From positions 1 to 24,450 of IMG/VR virus record IMGVR_UViG_3300044724_001442: 24,450 nucleotides of DNA; one strand, written 5' to 3'. Under the pieces are notes generated by a model. That model saw nothing but the letters and a program-made list of their open reading frames with translations, was not told where the DNA came from and ran no database searches. The translations under genes and the position numbers were made by a program. Origin of the DNA: a virus (taxonomy: Duplodnaviria; Caudoviricetes). Below are positions 23,837-24,450 of the stretch, piece after piece (the stretch's first letter is position 1; each line of letters starts with the position of its first letter).

Positions 23837-24211
23837 ATGAAATACAACAAATTTTATGACATTGATTTGCCCTTTGGTGAAACTTATGAGCAACAACTTA
23901 AAGAGTTTTACGAAGGAAAAAATATAGAAGTTAAAACAGAGAGAGATATTTGGAAAACAACAGGTAATCACGCTGTTGAATTTAGATGTCGAGGTGAGTT
24001 AAGTGGTATCAGTACAACAAAAGCAAAATACTGGGGCATAGTATTAACAATAGACGGTGATGCAGTAATGTTTTACGTCATACCTGTTGATGAATTAAAA
24101 AAACTAACAAGAAAACATTATTATCTTAACAACGTTGTAAACGGTGGCGATGATAACGCATCAGAAATGGTGTTAGTTCCATTAAAAGAAATTGCAACAT
24201 ATTGTTTATAG
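23837..24211 (+). CDS. PD-(D/E)XK-family nuclease-like phage protein
   Basis: KF..DL.FGE..E...IEVKTERDIW..TGN..VEF...G..SGI..TKA.YW...GGD.N.S..VLVPL, a motif set I recognise from phage nuclease-like proteins. Confidence 0.75.
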   Translation: MKYNKFYDIDLPFGETYEQQLKEFYEGKNIEVKTERDIWKTTGNHAVEFRCRGELSGISTTKAKYWGIVLTIDGDAVMFYVIPVDELKKLTRKHYYLNNVVNGGDDNASEMVLVPLKEIATYCL

Positions 24212-24450
24212 TATCTTGTAATTATCCCAACCATCTGCATTGACTGTGAATGTGAGAACTCCTGGTTCATTCCACATTCCAGTTCTTGCAGTAAAATCTT
24301 TAGAAGCATCTATGCTAGGACACTGCATCCAAGTTCTCTTACCTTGTTTTAAAACTCTTGGATGATGATAATGTCCAGTTACTAATATTTCAGCAGCACC
24401 ACTAGGTAACCAACCAAACATCTGACCTTGCCACCACTTCATAATCTTAC
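24206..24450 (-). CDS. Metallophosphoesterase, C-terminal part (gene enters from beyond the window)
   Basis: ILVTGHYHH motif and CPSID...S..F segment; the frame stays open to the window edge. Confidence 0.75.
   Translation of the reverse strand, partial: KIMKWWQGQMFGWLPSGAAEILVTGHYHHPRVLKQGKRTWMQCPSIDASKDFTARTGMWNEPGVLTFTVNADGWDNYKIL

Noticed and set aside
17822-24309. Minus-strand ORFs opposite the early and replication genes (e.g. 18271-18462, 19558-19842, 20234-20476, 21896-22156, 24121-24309)
   Set aside because: They overlap better-supported genes that have RBSs and recognisable motifs.

Overview
AT-rich fragment of a tailed dsDNA phage, probably short-tailed and lytic. The host is most likely a low-GC actinobacterium, possibly a marine Actinomarina-like one; this is inferred from the AGAAAGGA Shine-Dalgarno sites, leaderless starts and actinophage-type capsid and transglycosylase sequences. 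Bases 1-15398 (minus strand) are the packaging and head module: four Lys/Arg-rich microproteins, large terminase with an N-terminal Cys4 and HTH extension, portal, a block of probable internal/ejection proteins including a lytic transglycosylase, scaffold, and the start of the major capsid gene. Bases 15400-17090 are a divergent control region with Zn-finger microproteins, sigma-A-type promoters, candidate small RNAs and a triple GTTTAAAC array. Bases 17093-21160 (plus strand) are an early region of small genes. Its junctions carry a recurring module of a long hairpin, an overlapping second hairpin and usually an AGAAAGG RBS, often with GTTTAAAC at the hairpin apex; this is the most unusual signal in the window. 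Bases 21205-24211 hold a Rad52/Sak-like annealing protein, two PD-(D/E)XK nucleases and a C5 DNA methyltransferase, converging on a partial metallophosphoesterase. No tRNA, CRISPR array, integrase or polymerase was recognised. All calls come from reading motifs by eye; no searches or folding programs were run.
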